Positions 11,745-25,700 of a DNA stretch of 64,000 nucleotides are shown piece after piece (position 1 is the first letter of the stretch; each line of letters opens with the position of its first letter). The DNA is from Podarcis cretensis (taxonomy: Eukaryota), in assembly GCA_951804945.1 (NCBI GenBank), contig OX638151.1, positions 61,442,001 through 61,506,000 on the forward strand, given 5' to 3'. The translations under genes were made by a program, and so were the position numbers. The notes under the pieces were generated by a model. It ran no database searches. It was not told the origin of the DNA and saw only the letters and a program-made list of their open reading frames with translations.

Positions 11745-11967
11745 CAGTGGTACCTCGGGTTACATATGCTTCAGGTTACATACGCTAACCCAGAAATATT
11801 ACCTCAGGTTAAGAACTTTGCTTCAGGATTAGAACAGAAATCGTGCTCCGGCGGTGCAGCGGCAGCAGGAGGCCCCATTAGCTAAAGTGGTGCTTCAGGT
11901 TAAGAACAGTTTCAGGTTAAGAACGGACCTCCAGAATGAATTAAGTACTTAACCCAAGGTACCACTG
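11745..11967. mobile_element. Tc1/mariner (Tigger/pogo-like) MITE, 223 bp
   Basis: TIRs CAGTGGTACCTCGGGTTA / TAACCCAAGGTACCACTG, TA on both sides; a second copy lies in the opposite orientation at 22919-23133. Confidence 0.88.
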
Positions 11968-12762
11968 TATCTTGGATGGCAGGGAGACTCATGAAAGTAC
12001 ACTTCCTTGGATGATCTAACTGCATTGTTATGATGGCAAGATCACCACATAGCATGCATATTAGGATGCAGTATTTCAAATAAACTGTGCCCAAGATATG
12101 TAGGACTAATATGATCAAACAGTTACATGTGTGGGGGAGAGTTCCTATGTCTGTCCACCGCCTGAGAAATAAGATATTTTGTGTAGAGATGATTGTGCAC
12201 TGCGCCGAATAGGTGCTTAACTTGTCCTATACCCACAAATATGCTCTCACACATAATTGTTCCAAAAAGAGTTAATTTATAGAAAAATAACAAGATCATT
12301 CTAATAAGAAGTAACTAGTGTGGTACAGCATGAAATCACGGTGCATTTAAACCAGTATCCTAACACATTAACACTCCTAGTCTGACAGTCTGTCCTTTGT
12401 TTTATAGGACTAGCATGATGATAAGAATAGTTTCAAATGCGTATATATCTTAAGTTCCACCTTAGTTCCTGCAGTAGTGAAGTAGTTGCCCATTCCCACC
12501 ATTGGAGGCTATCAGTGTAGCTGGAGGGGCTAAAGAATAAGATGTGTGTGGCAAATTCATTCACAAGAATGGGTTCCATCTGAGTCCTCACAAGGTGGAG
12601 ATTGGGAGGGGAAAAGCTATGCTGTGATAGCAAATCTCCCCTCCAAAATGTGGATCATGACTGGATTCATAAAAGGGAAGTACAAGAACTGAGAGGGCTA
12701 TTAGGTGTGTAGGGATGCTGTGAACTGGCCTGAAATCTTCGGATGGTCAGTAAACAAATTTT

Positions 12763-12789
12763 CATCATCATCATCATCATCATCATCAT
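12763..12789. repeat. (CAT)n microsatellite
   Basis: Visible trinucleotide run. Confidence 0.9.
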
Positions 12790-14534
12790 GATAGTGTCAG
12801 CTCTGGGACAAAGAAGGTGGCTGAACATTTCCTGGAGTGCTTGACACTGTTCATGGTGTCTGCTGGTCCTGATCTTTCAGAAGCCTGGCTAAAATATAAA
12901 TTCATTTGCAAAACTGTCTTATAACATTGGTTTACAGACAAATGCAGAAGATACTAATAATTCTGTTTGGTATGTATTTGTTATCAGTTATTTATTTTTC
13001 GATCTTGACTTTGATCTGAAATCATTTGTGGAATAAGTTATTGCAAGGGAAACAGTCTACCTGAAGGGATTTAAAACAATGTTCATAAAACTTTAACAAA
13101 TTAAGTCAGAACAGTAATTAATCTACCCAATGATTAATTTGCTTCCTGTCTTTGATCGCTATCTTAACAGCAACAGAGTGGTAAAGAAGTGGAATTCAAT
13201 GAAATATATAGGCTTCATTTATCATAAGCCAAGCAGCCTTAAATAGCTTAAAACATCTCTTATCAAAATATGTGTTCTGTTTTGTCGCTAAATGGTGTAT
13301 TAAAGCATTTGGGCTAGTGCACCAACTGCAGTTCCTATCCATGCTCTTGTTAATATCCTATTCAGGCAAGTATAATGTTTTGTACATGGGGTTGTGTTTG
13401 AGGAATGGACATAACAGTAAGTTCATTATGCAGTGGCTAGACTGCTAAGTGAGAACTGACATCCAGATCATAACTTGCCAGCCTTGAAATAACTGCTCTA
13501 TTTCTTTGGGCTGGTTTTAGTCTCTAAAGGCTGAGATGACTTTGAATCTTGGGTGCCTTCTCCTACGTGAATCTGTTCAAGTATGACGATGATCCTCAGA
13601 GCCTGTTCTCTGGTCCCACTGCCATTGGAGGTGAAGCCAGATCAACGGTTGTAGCCTCCGAGCACTGAAGTGTTTTCCCCATAGACATCGAGTCTGCTCT
13701 TTTTATCTTCCCAAATCTTTTAATTCTTGATTTTTGAATCCTGTTTCATCACGGTGTGTGTCTTCTTGTTGTTCCTATTTTAAATGAATTTTTATGTAAG
13801 CCTTGCCAGCTTATGATCAGGGTAAAGAATATCAAAATGTAAATAAATGAATGAAATGGAGGTATTTGGTCTGCCTGTGAACAATACTGACATTCTATTG
13901 AGCCTAGGAGCATTTTCAAATGCTCCTAATTGAAAGTGACTGTAGATGGAATATGTGAACACGCCTAAAGCTGTTGAAAGAGGGAGGGTGTCTTCTGTGG
14001 TATCCTTTGAGCTCTTATGACTAGTAGGTCTCATCGCCTCCCTCATATTTATTCATAGACTGAGTTAGATACAAAATAAGGATGTTGATATCTTGACAAG
14101 TAAGGAAAGCATTTTGCCTGTAGCTTAGCATTTTCCCCCAACTGGCCACTTTCTGTCTGACCTCTCTGTCCTTGCATAAATGGAAATCTGGGTAAAAACT
14201 GGGATGTTTTCAATAATGGAAAAGCTTATTAACATAACATTTGTTAACCAAGGATAAAGAGAAACAGATATATTGTGCATTTTCCCTTTATAGCAGATTT
14301 TGATAAGGAAGAACCTTTCAATAAAGTGCCAACAACATACTCTGCTTTTCTATTTTACAAGAGGAAATTTACCGCTTTGAAATGAAATTTCTGCAGTTAT
14401 TATGACCATCTTTTATATGGTTTTAGTGGTTAAGCTTTGGCAGCACTGAAGATCCTACCCTATTGCCTTCCTACTAAAAATAGCAGGAATCCATCCATTC
14501 AGATTGATACATTACTATTTGGTGTAAATACTGA

Positions 14535-15973
<1,439 letters not shown>

Positions 15974-15987
15974 TGAAAGTGTGTAGA

Positions 15988-16123
15988 CAGTAGTGGCCAA
16001 ACTTGGCCCTCCATCTGTTTATGGACTACAACTTCCATCATCACTAGCTAACAGGAGCAGTGGTCAGGGATGATGGGAATTGTAGTCCCGAAACAGCTGG
16101 AGGGCCAAGTTTGGCCACCACTG
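15988..16123. mobile_element. Palindromic (fold-back) MITE, 136 bp
   Basis: Arms CAGTAGTGGCCAAACTTGGCCCTCCA / TGGAGGGCCAAGTTTGGCCACCACTG; flanking direct repeat GTGTAGA at 15981-15987 and 16124-16130; related decayed copies near 5090-5210, 20490-20630, 27640-27770 and 28105-28205. Confidence 0.85.
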
Positions 16124-17587
16124 GTGTAGAAGAACCAAGTGCATGTTGATGGTACAACCTTATCCAGAGAGAAATTATTCTAAAGGTGCATTGTTGTCAG
16201 TACTTTAATTCTGAAACTACCACTGAAATTAATCCTTAGCACCATTGTGTCAGCATTTCTCCAGTGATAGTTTGGTGCTGAATCAACATTCAGAGAGACT
16301 GCAAATAGCTTTAGGATCTAGAGCAGCCACTCTCTTCCCACCCACCCCCACCCCCAAACAGAAATAGCAGGCTGGAGTGTTTTTCCATAATATAGCATCT
16401 TCAGGGCTCTTTTATTTTATAGAGATTATAATTCATCCTTGTTTGAGGTGTGAGGGAATGCAAACCATAAATTGTAAAATTAGCTGCAATAAAAATGGAT
16501 TCAGTGAATGGTTAGGGAACACTTAATTGTACAGCATTGGTGACATAAGTGGATCTGAGTAGTCCATGTATGGAAGACCACAATAAATCTTATGTATCCT
16601 CCCTTTAAAAACAAAGAGCAAGTTGTAAACTTAATAAATAATACACTTTATATGGATGAAGTTTTATCAGAATAGTTGGAAACCATTATAGGACCAGAAT
16701 TGGTTGTAATTTTGTTTAAAAGAGAAAAAAGGGCACTTTATTTACCCTGATATTTAGCATAGTGATGACACTATCTCTACATCATGGCAACTATGTGAGA
16801 AGAAATGTCTTGCATTTAAGAAATTTGATTTCCATTCTCAAACAATTGCAATTAATGGCTGCGTATAAATTATTCCACCATGTGCGTGCATACTGTTTAA
16901 ATTAGGGCATTCATTGAAAGCATCCTGTTTTGTGTATGTGTGTAAGCACTGTCACTTTCACTCACACATGTCAAGAAATAAATGATAACGGAAAGATTTG
17001 TGAGTGGAAAAAGTTGCAACATAATTAAATTATTTTGATAGGTCAAGGACATTTTGCTGCTAGGGGAAAAACCATAGCTGTCAACTTTTCCCTTTTCTTG
17101 CGAGGAATCCTATTTGGAATAAGGGAATTTCCCTTAAAAAAAGGGAAAAGTTGACAGCAATGGGAAAAACACATCCACAAAGGCAAGTTCCTTGGCACAA
17201 ACTCATAGATTCCTGTTCAGCAAACCATGGTTGGTTGGAATGGGAAGAGCCTGTGTATGTGCACACTCTCACTTCCCTTCTCTCATATGCCTTCACTCAT
17301 TACTTTGGAGGCTTGTTAAACCACAGTTGCTTCTAATGTCCCAACCAGGAAACTGTTATTTTAAACTATCCCTACAAACCAGGCTATCACACTATGGTTA
17401 TTATCTGTAAGCCAGTCAAGATGCATATAAGAATGGTTTGGAAACATGCTATTTACATGTGTAAACTGGATACCTTCAGTGGTAAGCCATTTTTGTTATT
17501 GAAAGGTACTGCTTTGCCTTAAAAAAAACCTCCGGTATGAAGTTGTTCAGTGGATTTTCTTTTGCCCCTGGAAGTTGAACACAGTGA

Positions 17588-17827
<240 letters not shown>

Positions 17828-17857
17828 TAATGCTTATGTTTTCTTTTCTTGTGGCAG

Positions 17858-17898
17858 CACCAAAATCAAAAGTTCGAAGAAAGGAATGCAGTAAATGA
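17858..17898 (+). CDS. ADAT2: ADAT2 coding exon 6 (41 nt, to stop codon)
   Basis: (A)PKSKVRRKECSK-TGA after an 80-nt intron; total CDS 549 nt = 182 aa plus stop. Confidence 0.95.
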
Positions 17899-18483
17899 GT
17901 GGTTGTGATGAATAGTAAAGCAAAGCTGGAAGAATGACAAGTCTTTGAAAAGGCTGGCCAGTATTGACCTTCCCTCAGCTATGGTATTTAGTCCTGAGAG
18001 GTGGAGAAAAACATGTCTGTTACTCTGTAAAATGTCCAAAAGTATCACTGATTGAAAGATAATAATCAAACTGTCAAATATGGCTTTTGGTTAAAATGTT
18101 TGGCTTTTTATAAGGAACAATAGAAAGGAGTGGTATCCTCCAATAATTAAATAGTTAATATGACACTGTTTTAGCCCTACTAATTTTGAACTGATCAGCT
18201 GGAAGACCAGCTATCCCAAAAGTCCTTAGTTTGGCAGGTATGCTGACTTCTTGCCACTGATGCCATGCACACACATGATGATATACCGGCCAGTGCACAT
18301 ATCAAGTTCTGTTTACATTTAAACCACTTAACAACATATACAAATTCAGTGGTCTCAGAGTTCTGCATGCCCCATCAGCCAGAACAGAACCAGCATATCC
18401 ACTCATGGCGTCAGCAGCTAGAAACCTGTGTGAGCAGTGGCTGTTATGCTGAAAAGTGTCACGAGGACCAGTCTTATTAGCTC

Positions 18484-18612
18484 TAGGACATATGAAGCGG
18501 TCATATTGAGTCAGACCATTGGTCTATCTATGGACTACTTGACTGGAAACAGGGGGATGAAATTGGGACCTTCTCCCCATAAAATATGTTCTCTTCCAAT
18601 GTGCTACAGCCC
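18484..18612 (-). mobile_element. Old tRNA-derived SINE relic, internally deleted
   Basis: Minus strand reads GGGCTGTAGCACATTGGAAGAG...AAGGTCCCAATTTCATCCCC (decayed A/B boxes) joined to a GACCAATGGTCTGACTCAATAT tail of the kind seen in reptile SINEs; family not assigned. Confidence 0.55.
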
Positions 18613-19460
18613 TTTCCCTTGTATCCTAGACAGATTTATAGTTGGTATTACTTAAAGTAAGCTGCTTTCCTCATCACCGTAGTGCACGTTTCCAATGTAT
18701 ACATAATTTGGAGGAATTTGAAGGTAAGCTAGCAAATCCCAGACAATGGCTTGTTTATATTGAGCTCAATTAAGACATTCATGATTAAGAAAGCTTGACT
18801 ATGGTTTGTTCATGATGTCTAAGTTGACAAACCATGGTTTATGACCATGTTTGGTTGTGTGTACTTTTTCAGGTTACGCTGCCACTACAGTTAGCAAACA
18901 GACAGTTTCTTTTTCTTATATGCTTGTGATAGAAAACCGCCTTGAAAACGGAAGTCTAGCATACCCAGTATTTTTTGAATGAATATTCTCTTTCATAAGT
19001 TTTATAGATTGCTTTATTGGGGGTTTTTTTGTAAAAAAAAAAAAAAAAAAAAGGTCAAAGAGGAATATTGAGAAGTAGATTTCCAGAGGAACTTTTCTTA
19101 GTATAAGGTAACTAGGCAGGAAAATGGCAATAAGAAATGCCTAAAGCTTAGAGCTGGCACTTCAGTGCTTATTGGGTTGTTCCTTGACCGTATTCTGATT
19201 ACAATCCAGAAGAGGGCCTTGCTGTTCTAATAATGAATGGCCCAGCAGTTTGACATGGAGCTCTTATTCCTGCAGAATGTGCATGCTGAGCAACTCAACA
19301 GGCTGGGAAGCAGTCAAGCAGTGCCTTATAGATTTGTATATTATGGACAATTCCAATAGTTAGACAAGTCAGAGCCACAGTTGTTGCACTATTTTTATTT
19401 CTCTATTAAATAGATAAACAAATTCTGAAAAGGGATGAAGTATGTTCCTGATGGTTAAAT

Positions 19461-19466
19461 AATAAA
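19461..19466 (+). promoter_or_regulatory. Candidate ADAT2 polyadenylation signal (AATAAA); alternative ATTAAA at 18146-18151
   Basis: Motif only; first AATAAA I found downstream of the stop codon. No transcript evidence. Confidence 0.35.
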
Positions 19467-21336
19467 AATGAATACATCTGCCACTTGCCTCCCATGCTTG
19501 GCTTCCATTGACATATAATAATTTCACATTGTGCATGGCAGAAGGGCATTTTGGGGGTGGGGGGGGAGGTAACGTTAAGGTAGCTATATTAGCACCTCAT
19601 TTCTTAAGCATTAAACTTGGAATTAGGCCTCACTGATTTCAAATACAGCATTTCAATAAGCAAACTGGTTTGGACTTTAAATGGTAAGTTTTCTGCACAA
19701 AGAATATGTCCCTTCTATGCCTTGCATAGCACCTTGGACATCATTTGTGTGATGAATATATTTGATTAATAGTTATAGGTAAGGATGATGCAAGGTGCTT
19801 TTCACAGTGCAGTCCTATGCATGTCTACCTGGAAGTTGAATGGAATTTACTCTCAGATATGTGTTTTTGGGTTGCAGCCTTAAACATACAGTTTATGCCT
19901 CTCCCTTATTAATCTGTCTTCAGTCATAATTTGATGATAAATGCTTTAAGTACATATTAGAGTTTAGTGAGGTTGGCAGGTGAGAGGATCCATTCCTGTT
20001 TGATGAAGGGAAGAATGAAAACTTGGGAGACACAAACACTACAAACATTATTTCTATTCATATGAAACAAGCAACTTGTAACACATTTCTCATTTCCTAC
20101 TAAAAAATCATGTCTGTGTTTTAAAAATATAAAAAATTGTAGACCATCGTCTCCACAGGCTTAGAAGCTGCAATTGGCTGCAGGTTCCCACTGCTTATAT
20201 ATCACACGTACACACAATTGAGAAGATTTTGAAGTTCATTTTTTTAAAGAACAAGAAGAAGAAGCTTATCCTTATTATTCCAATTACCTTTTGTCATCCA
20301 TACCACACACTAGTTACCTGTGTCTAGCAGCTTTTGAATTCCTACTCAGATGATCTATTTTGAGAAAGTCCGATCCTATTAATGTTTATTTGGAATTCCT
20401 GCCTAGTTCAATGGGATTATGGGGGGGGGGGCTGTGCCTCCCTCCAAAGGGGACTATAAATAAACTTAAAATAACTTTACTCCCAAGCATGGATAGCTGG
20501 GATCAGGAACATCTGGTCCTCCAGGAGTTGTTGGGACTCCCATTAGCCCCAGGCAGCCCAGCCAATAGCCAGGGGTGGTGGGAGTTGCAGTCTAACAACA
20601 TCTGAAGGGTCACAGGTTTCCCATCTGTGATGGGCAGGATTGCAGCAGCAGGGTGAAATCTAATGATGTTTGAGTGAGTGTCCCCTTCTTCATCTCCTGT
20701 GCCCTCACCAAACCCCGCCCTCTAGAGCAGACTTTGGAGGTACATGGTTGGCTATAGGGGGAAGAAATAAAGGTGAAGGCCTGTTGCAGCAACTGAAATA
20801 TGTTCTGTTCACAGATGGCCATCACTGGACATCCCTCATTCCTATTGACTTCAGTATGTCTACTCTGAGTAGGAGTAGAAGCCCTTCACACGGTCAGGCA
20901 GACAAAAGGCATTTCTTCCATAAAAGGAGCTGTGAAAACACAGGGTGAGCAGGGGCAAGACAAAGACTCAGTACTATATGAAATTTAATCAGTCTTGTTA
21001 TTAAGATATCACTGTCAGTTTCTGCTGCTTTATAATTGTTATCATATTTATCATGGATGTCTAGAAGCTGATGGTTTGCCTGGGTTGAAACAAGTGCCTT
21101 TACCCTTTCACATGTCCAAAACTTTCCATTTTTTTGGGAGGGGGGAGTTAGGAGGAACTGCTTTGTGAAAATAGGGTGAAAACTGTCCCCCCTCCCCCTC
21201 CACATTTTTATGAGCTTTCATATCTCTATGCAGGCACAACAAGAAGCATAAATATGAACAACAACTTAAACAAATGAAAGGCTTATTGAACCAATATTGA
21301 AAGCTTGTATTGTAGCCTCATCAGTTCTTCCCTTTG

Positions 21337-21731
21337 TTTTTTTGTTTGTTTGTTTTTAAAATGATCTTTATTGGTTTTACACATTTTACAAATTTCACAA
21401 TTTTTTACAAATAAAGACACTCGCGGGACTGAAATAGACCTCATAATGTTTATTAAAAATCATTCGTTTTGGATTTAAGAACATTGAACAAATATATTAC
21501 AACAATATATTTGTTGAAGGATGTACCGGTATATTTAATGAAATTTTGAATAGTATTATTCCATAGTAGTAAGGACACATAAAATGTAAACATGACAAAT
21601 GCATAAATATAAAGAAAATATAGGGAAACCAGATGGAGGGAGGGAAGTACAAACTTGTTTAGAGTTAAAGTATTAAGATTAAAAGGAATAAGGTATGTAT
21701 TATGTATTGTGATGGTGAAATTTGTAAAATT
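21337..21731 (-). mobile_element. Short L1-like retrotransposon insertion with 5' inversion
   Basis: Perfect 14-bp TSD AGTTCTTCCCTTTG at 21323-21336 and 21732-21745; T-rich tail and minus-strand AATAAA (21367-21372) at the left end. Confidence 0.75.
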
Positions 21732-22918
21732 AGTTCTTCCCTTTGCATAAAATAAAGTGACACTCTTACAAGGCAGCTGTTTAAAAAAGCAAGTTGCTCC
21801 TTATAATTTAAACATTTGAAAGTCTGCAGGGCTCTCTATTCATATCCTGTATATGCAACGTGGCCTTTAATTACCTTGGCAAGTTTTGAGCACTGATAAA
21901 AGATTGTATTTTTTTAAAACCTTCCCCCAAAATGGTCCAATGGTTGGCAGGCAATCCATTCCAGGGTTGTATTTGGAGCAAGACTAGCAGGAGAGCTTTC
22001 AGCTAAGGGCTGAGTTTAAACAGCAACTGTTAGGTTTTTAAAGAAAATGGCTTTGACACAAACGAGGAAAGAGCTCCGAGGACAATTAGAGTCCCAAAAG
22101 CAGCTGTTTTATTAATTTGCTTTGCCTTGCGTGTAGCCTTGGCTGCTGATTCTATCTACTTTTATCAATAAAGTACATCTAGAAATAGGACACTTCCCAC
22201 TGAAATATATACACTAACATGACTTGTTTTTAGGCTGATTTCAGAAAGACACACACACACACACACATTTTTGTAGTGTGTGTAAAAAAGAGAGAAATGC
22301 CAAGAAATTTCAGCTAAGATCCAAAGAACCACAGAAATGTAAGAAATCAAGCAACAGATCTCTATCCCGTAGGCCAAACTGCTTTGGAAACTGACGTAAG
22401 CTGCAGAAGCGGTTTTTGACAAGGCAGGCACCTTGGGTTTCCTGCACAAAGGAGAAGTCAATTAATCCATCTTGGTTTTTGCAAATAAAAGGATTGATTG
22501 ACTTCTCCTTTGTGAAGAAGAGCAATCATCATCAAAAAAGGCATTGTACCAATTATAGACTTTAAATCAAAACCCTTTACATCCTTCTCAGCAGGATAGC
22601 TCTATACCAGATGTTCACCTTGACAAGACATAGCACTAGGCGTAACACACTTGTTTCTAGTTTTCTCAAGTGCCACCTTACACAGAGTCAAAAAACTAAT
22701 AATCCTGCTGAGATCTGTCCTCCCAGAATAATACCTAAGCACTCTGTATATGCAAAGTCTCGGATAGTGAACTATGGTTCCATGTGCTTATCATAGGTTG
22801 CTGTCGCTCTGTACACACAGCTCTGTTGGAAAAACAGTCAATCTGCCAGTTTTACTGGAAGGAGAGCAAGGGAAACCAAATCCAGCCCCATTTTCTCCTC
22901 CCAGACAGCTGACATGTA

Positions 22919-23133
22919 CAGTGGTACCTCGGGTTAAGAACTTAATTCGTTCTGGAGGTCCGTTCTTAAGATGAAACTGTTCTTAACCCGAGGTACCACT
23001 TTAGTTAATGGGGCCTCCCACTGCCACTGCACAATTTCTGTTCTCATCCTGAAGCAAAGTTCTTAACCCGAGTTACTATTTCTGGGTTAGCAGAGTCTGT
23101 AACCTGAAGCGTCTGTAACCCGAGGTACCACTG
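22919..23133. mobile_element. Tc1/mariner MITE, 215 bp, same family as 11745-11967
   Basis: TIRs CAGTGGTACCTCGGGTTA / TAACCCGAGGTACCACTG with TA flanks. Confidence 0.88.
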
Positions 23134-23539
23134 TAGTGTCACTGATTTTCTAACTAGGTTTTCAGTGCATAGTCTTTGACAGCTGAATTGTGCACTGCTC
23201 AGCACTCATTGGCTCATGAAGTCCCTTGCTAGAGAGATTCAAGTAGGAATCTGCTTTTGCATGCATATGAACTCTAGCTGGATTGGAGCAAGTATTTAGC
23301 CTCAAACCAAGGCTTTTCTTATCAAGGTTTCTTTGACAGCAAACCTTGTCAAATGTGGACATATTTCAATGCTGCATTTGATAACGGTAGCCACAGGTGT
23401 AGCAGTTGGCGTATGAAAGAGCTGGGTTCAAAATCTAAGCCAAAGGTAGTTAATGTGTGAGAAGAAGGGAGGCAAAAGAACTGTAATGCGCTTTGTACTG
23501 ATGTAGTAGAAATTACCCTTAAATATCTGAGAGTCTCTT

Positions 23540-23687
23540 CAGTGACGTAGCGTGGGTTGTCAGCACCCGGGGCAAGGCAAGTAATTTGCGCCCCCTAACC
23601 CTTGGATTTGCGCCCCCTAACCCTAACCCCCAGATGTTGCGCCTGGTGCGGCCGGCCCCCCCATGCACCCCCCACGCTACGCCACTG
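23540..23687. mobile_element. hAT-type MITE, 148 bp, young and CpG-rich
   Basis: TIRs CAGTGACGTAGCGTGGG / CCCACGCTACGCCACTG; perfect 8-bp TSD AGTCTCTT at 23532-23539 and 23688-23695. Confidence 0.88.
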
Positions 23688-23801
23688 AGTCTCTTTTAAA
23701 AAAAATCAAGATGTAAAACTCCCATTTGAGAGAAAATATGTATCCTGTGTTTCCATAGAGATTTGGGATGTTTTTCTGCACTGTGCTACTCTTCCCATTC
23801 C

Positions 23802-23803
<2 letters not shown>

Positions 23804-23835
<32 letters not shown>
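23804..23835. repeat. (CA)n microsatellite
   Basis: Visible dinucleotide run; others at ~22249-22267 and ~61209-61232. Confidence 0.92.
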
Positions 23836-23838
<3 letters not shown>

Positions 23839-24749
23839 TCTTCAGAATGTGTGATTAAAAATATATGTGAGCAAATACTGGTTTGCATCTCTGCAAACCT
23901 GACTGCTTGAAGTCTTAAGATTTAACCTTCCCTTCTCACACCAGGGAGACACCATGTGTTTAGTTTGGGAGAACAAAGTTCCTCCACTGCCTTCTGGCAT
24001 AACAGCAGCTTGGTGAAGGAAGCCAAGAGACATCAGATCAACTCTTTTCTTTTAGATCTCTTTCCCATAAAAATAGCTACTCCACTTTTACCCTGGCATA
24101 CACCAGGCATGACTGTTAAACCCAGATGCATAAGGGGAAAATGGCAAATTAACTTTACTGCTAGCTCCAAATCCCCATTGACATAGCATTCACCACCTTC
24201 CCATACACACTGCAATTTTCATCATTGGTGATAACTAGGAAAAACCCCAACTAGGAGCATTTTAACCTCTGGTCATGAAATTGTGTCTTTGTTAATTGAC
24301 GCCCAAATGTTTCCATCTTATTCTTCTTAAACACAAGCTTAGATAAACCTAGCAGGGCTTTGTGATTAAGAGAGGGTATTCCATAATAGTCCAGGAGAGA
24401 AGAAAATAGTTAAATTTACCAATAGCACATTTATATAAGAGGAATCTGAATGCAGTTTACTAATAATGCATTTAACAAGACTTTAAACAAAGTTCCACAG
24501 CTGATGTTTGGACTAAAAGGATAGCATAATTGTTACCATAGAATAGGTTGCTGTTTCATGGTCTGCACAGGAATTTCTTAGTCCAAATTCAGCAGAGAAA
24601 GGTAAACTGGCACATCTGTCCTATGGAAAAAGGCATAGTTCCTGCTCAGAGTGCAGATGCCTTTCAGAGGAAAATCTAGCCACCTTGTCAGATAACCAAC
24701 CCACATTTTATGTAAATATATCTAGAACCCTTTACCTGCAGCCATTTAG

Positions 24750-25700
24750 CAGGGATAAATATCATAATTTTAAAGGTTGGGAAGAAGTTGGCCCATTCCA
24801 GATAAGGAACTTTTAACTGGGTGTTAGACCCACATAAGGAGACCTATCTGAAGAACAATTAGCTGAATGAAGTTACACTTGCTTTCAAATCCATCAAGGT
24901 AGACAATTTATAACCATCCTGGAAATTGCTCCTCAAGTGACCAGACCTCTCACGCTAATGGAAAGTTTAATTGCTCAAACCACAAACCTTAGGAAAGTCT
25001 TGTTATTGGATAGACATGAAATATTGGAGGTGGAAATGCTAGGGTCATATGAGAGTCTGCAGAAAACATGGGAACAAGACCTATGAAGAAATGATGAGAA
25101 CAATTGAAAAAGTCTCTGAGGAAACTACCCTTTAAATCAGTATCAGCAAGGATTACAGAAAAATCTGTTAAAGTGGTATTCAAATGATACCTCATTCTAC
25201 ATACACTTAATAACAGAATCCTCTTCCCCAGAGGGTGGAAGAGGTGTAGAGAATGAAGAACAATGTTCCATATGTGGTGGCCATGTGAAAAGGTCATGCT
25301 TTGGGGGAGATAAAATAAGAAATCAGACATGCACACCAGATTCAAAGCTAGTTTTCATGATGGTTTTTGATGACAACTTGAAGACTGTAAGGCATGAAGA
25401 GTTTATTGACTGCTGCCAGATTGGTAATAGTGAGATATCGGAAAGAACCATGTCCCAGTATGCTGGAGACATGGTATCAGGAATTGTGGAAGATTCAAAA
25501 GTTAACACAAAAGTTTAGAGCCCTGCATAAGGGGGAAACTACAGATGATTCCCATACTATTTGGAGTAGCTGTGCAGCAAAGACTGAACACAACTGCAAC
25601 CCACCCATCATGCATAGGAATCTATGGAAACACACATCTGCAAGTATTGAATGCTAATTCAAATATGTACTGATGAGTGACTAAAAAAATAAAAACAATT
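24750..25700 (+). mobile_element. Decayed L1-clade LINE, ORF2 C-terminal region (left boundary approximate)
   Basis: Broken frames give WKRCRE*RTMFHMWWPCEKV (CCHC knuckle-like, ~25236-25295) and LLTAARLVI...PSMLETWYQELWKI, typical of L1 ORF2 ends; A-rich tail at ~25683-25697. Confidence 0.7.

Noticed and set aside
19033-19052. A20 tract as a retrocopy tail or the ADAT2 poly(A) site
   Set aside because: It is genomic, with no TSD or suitably placed upstream AATAAA; it would mainly cause oligo-dT internal priming.
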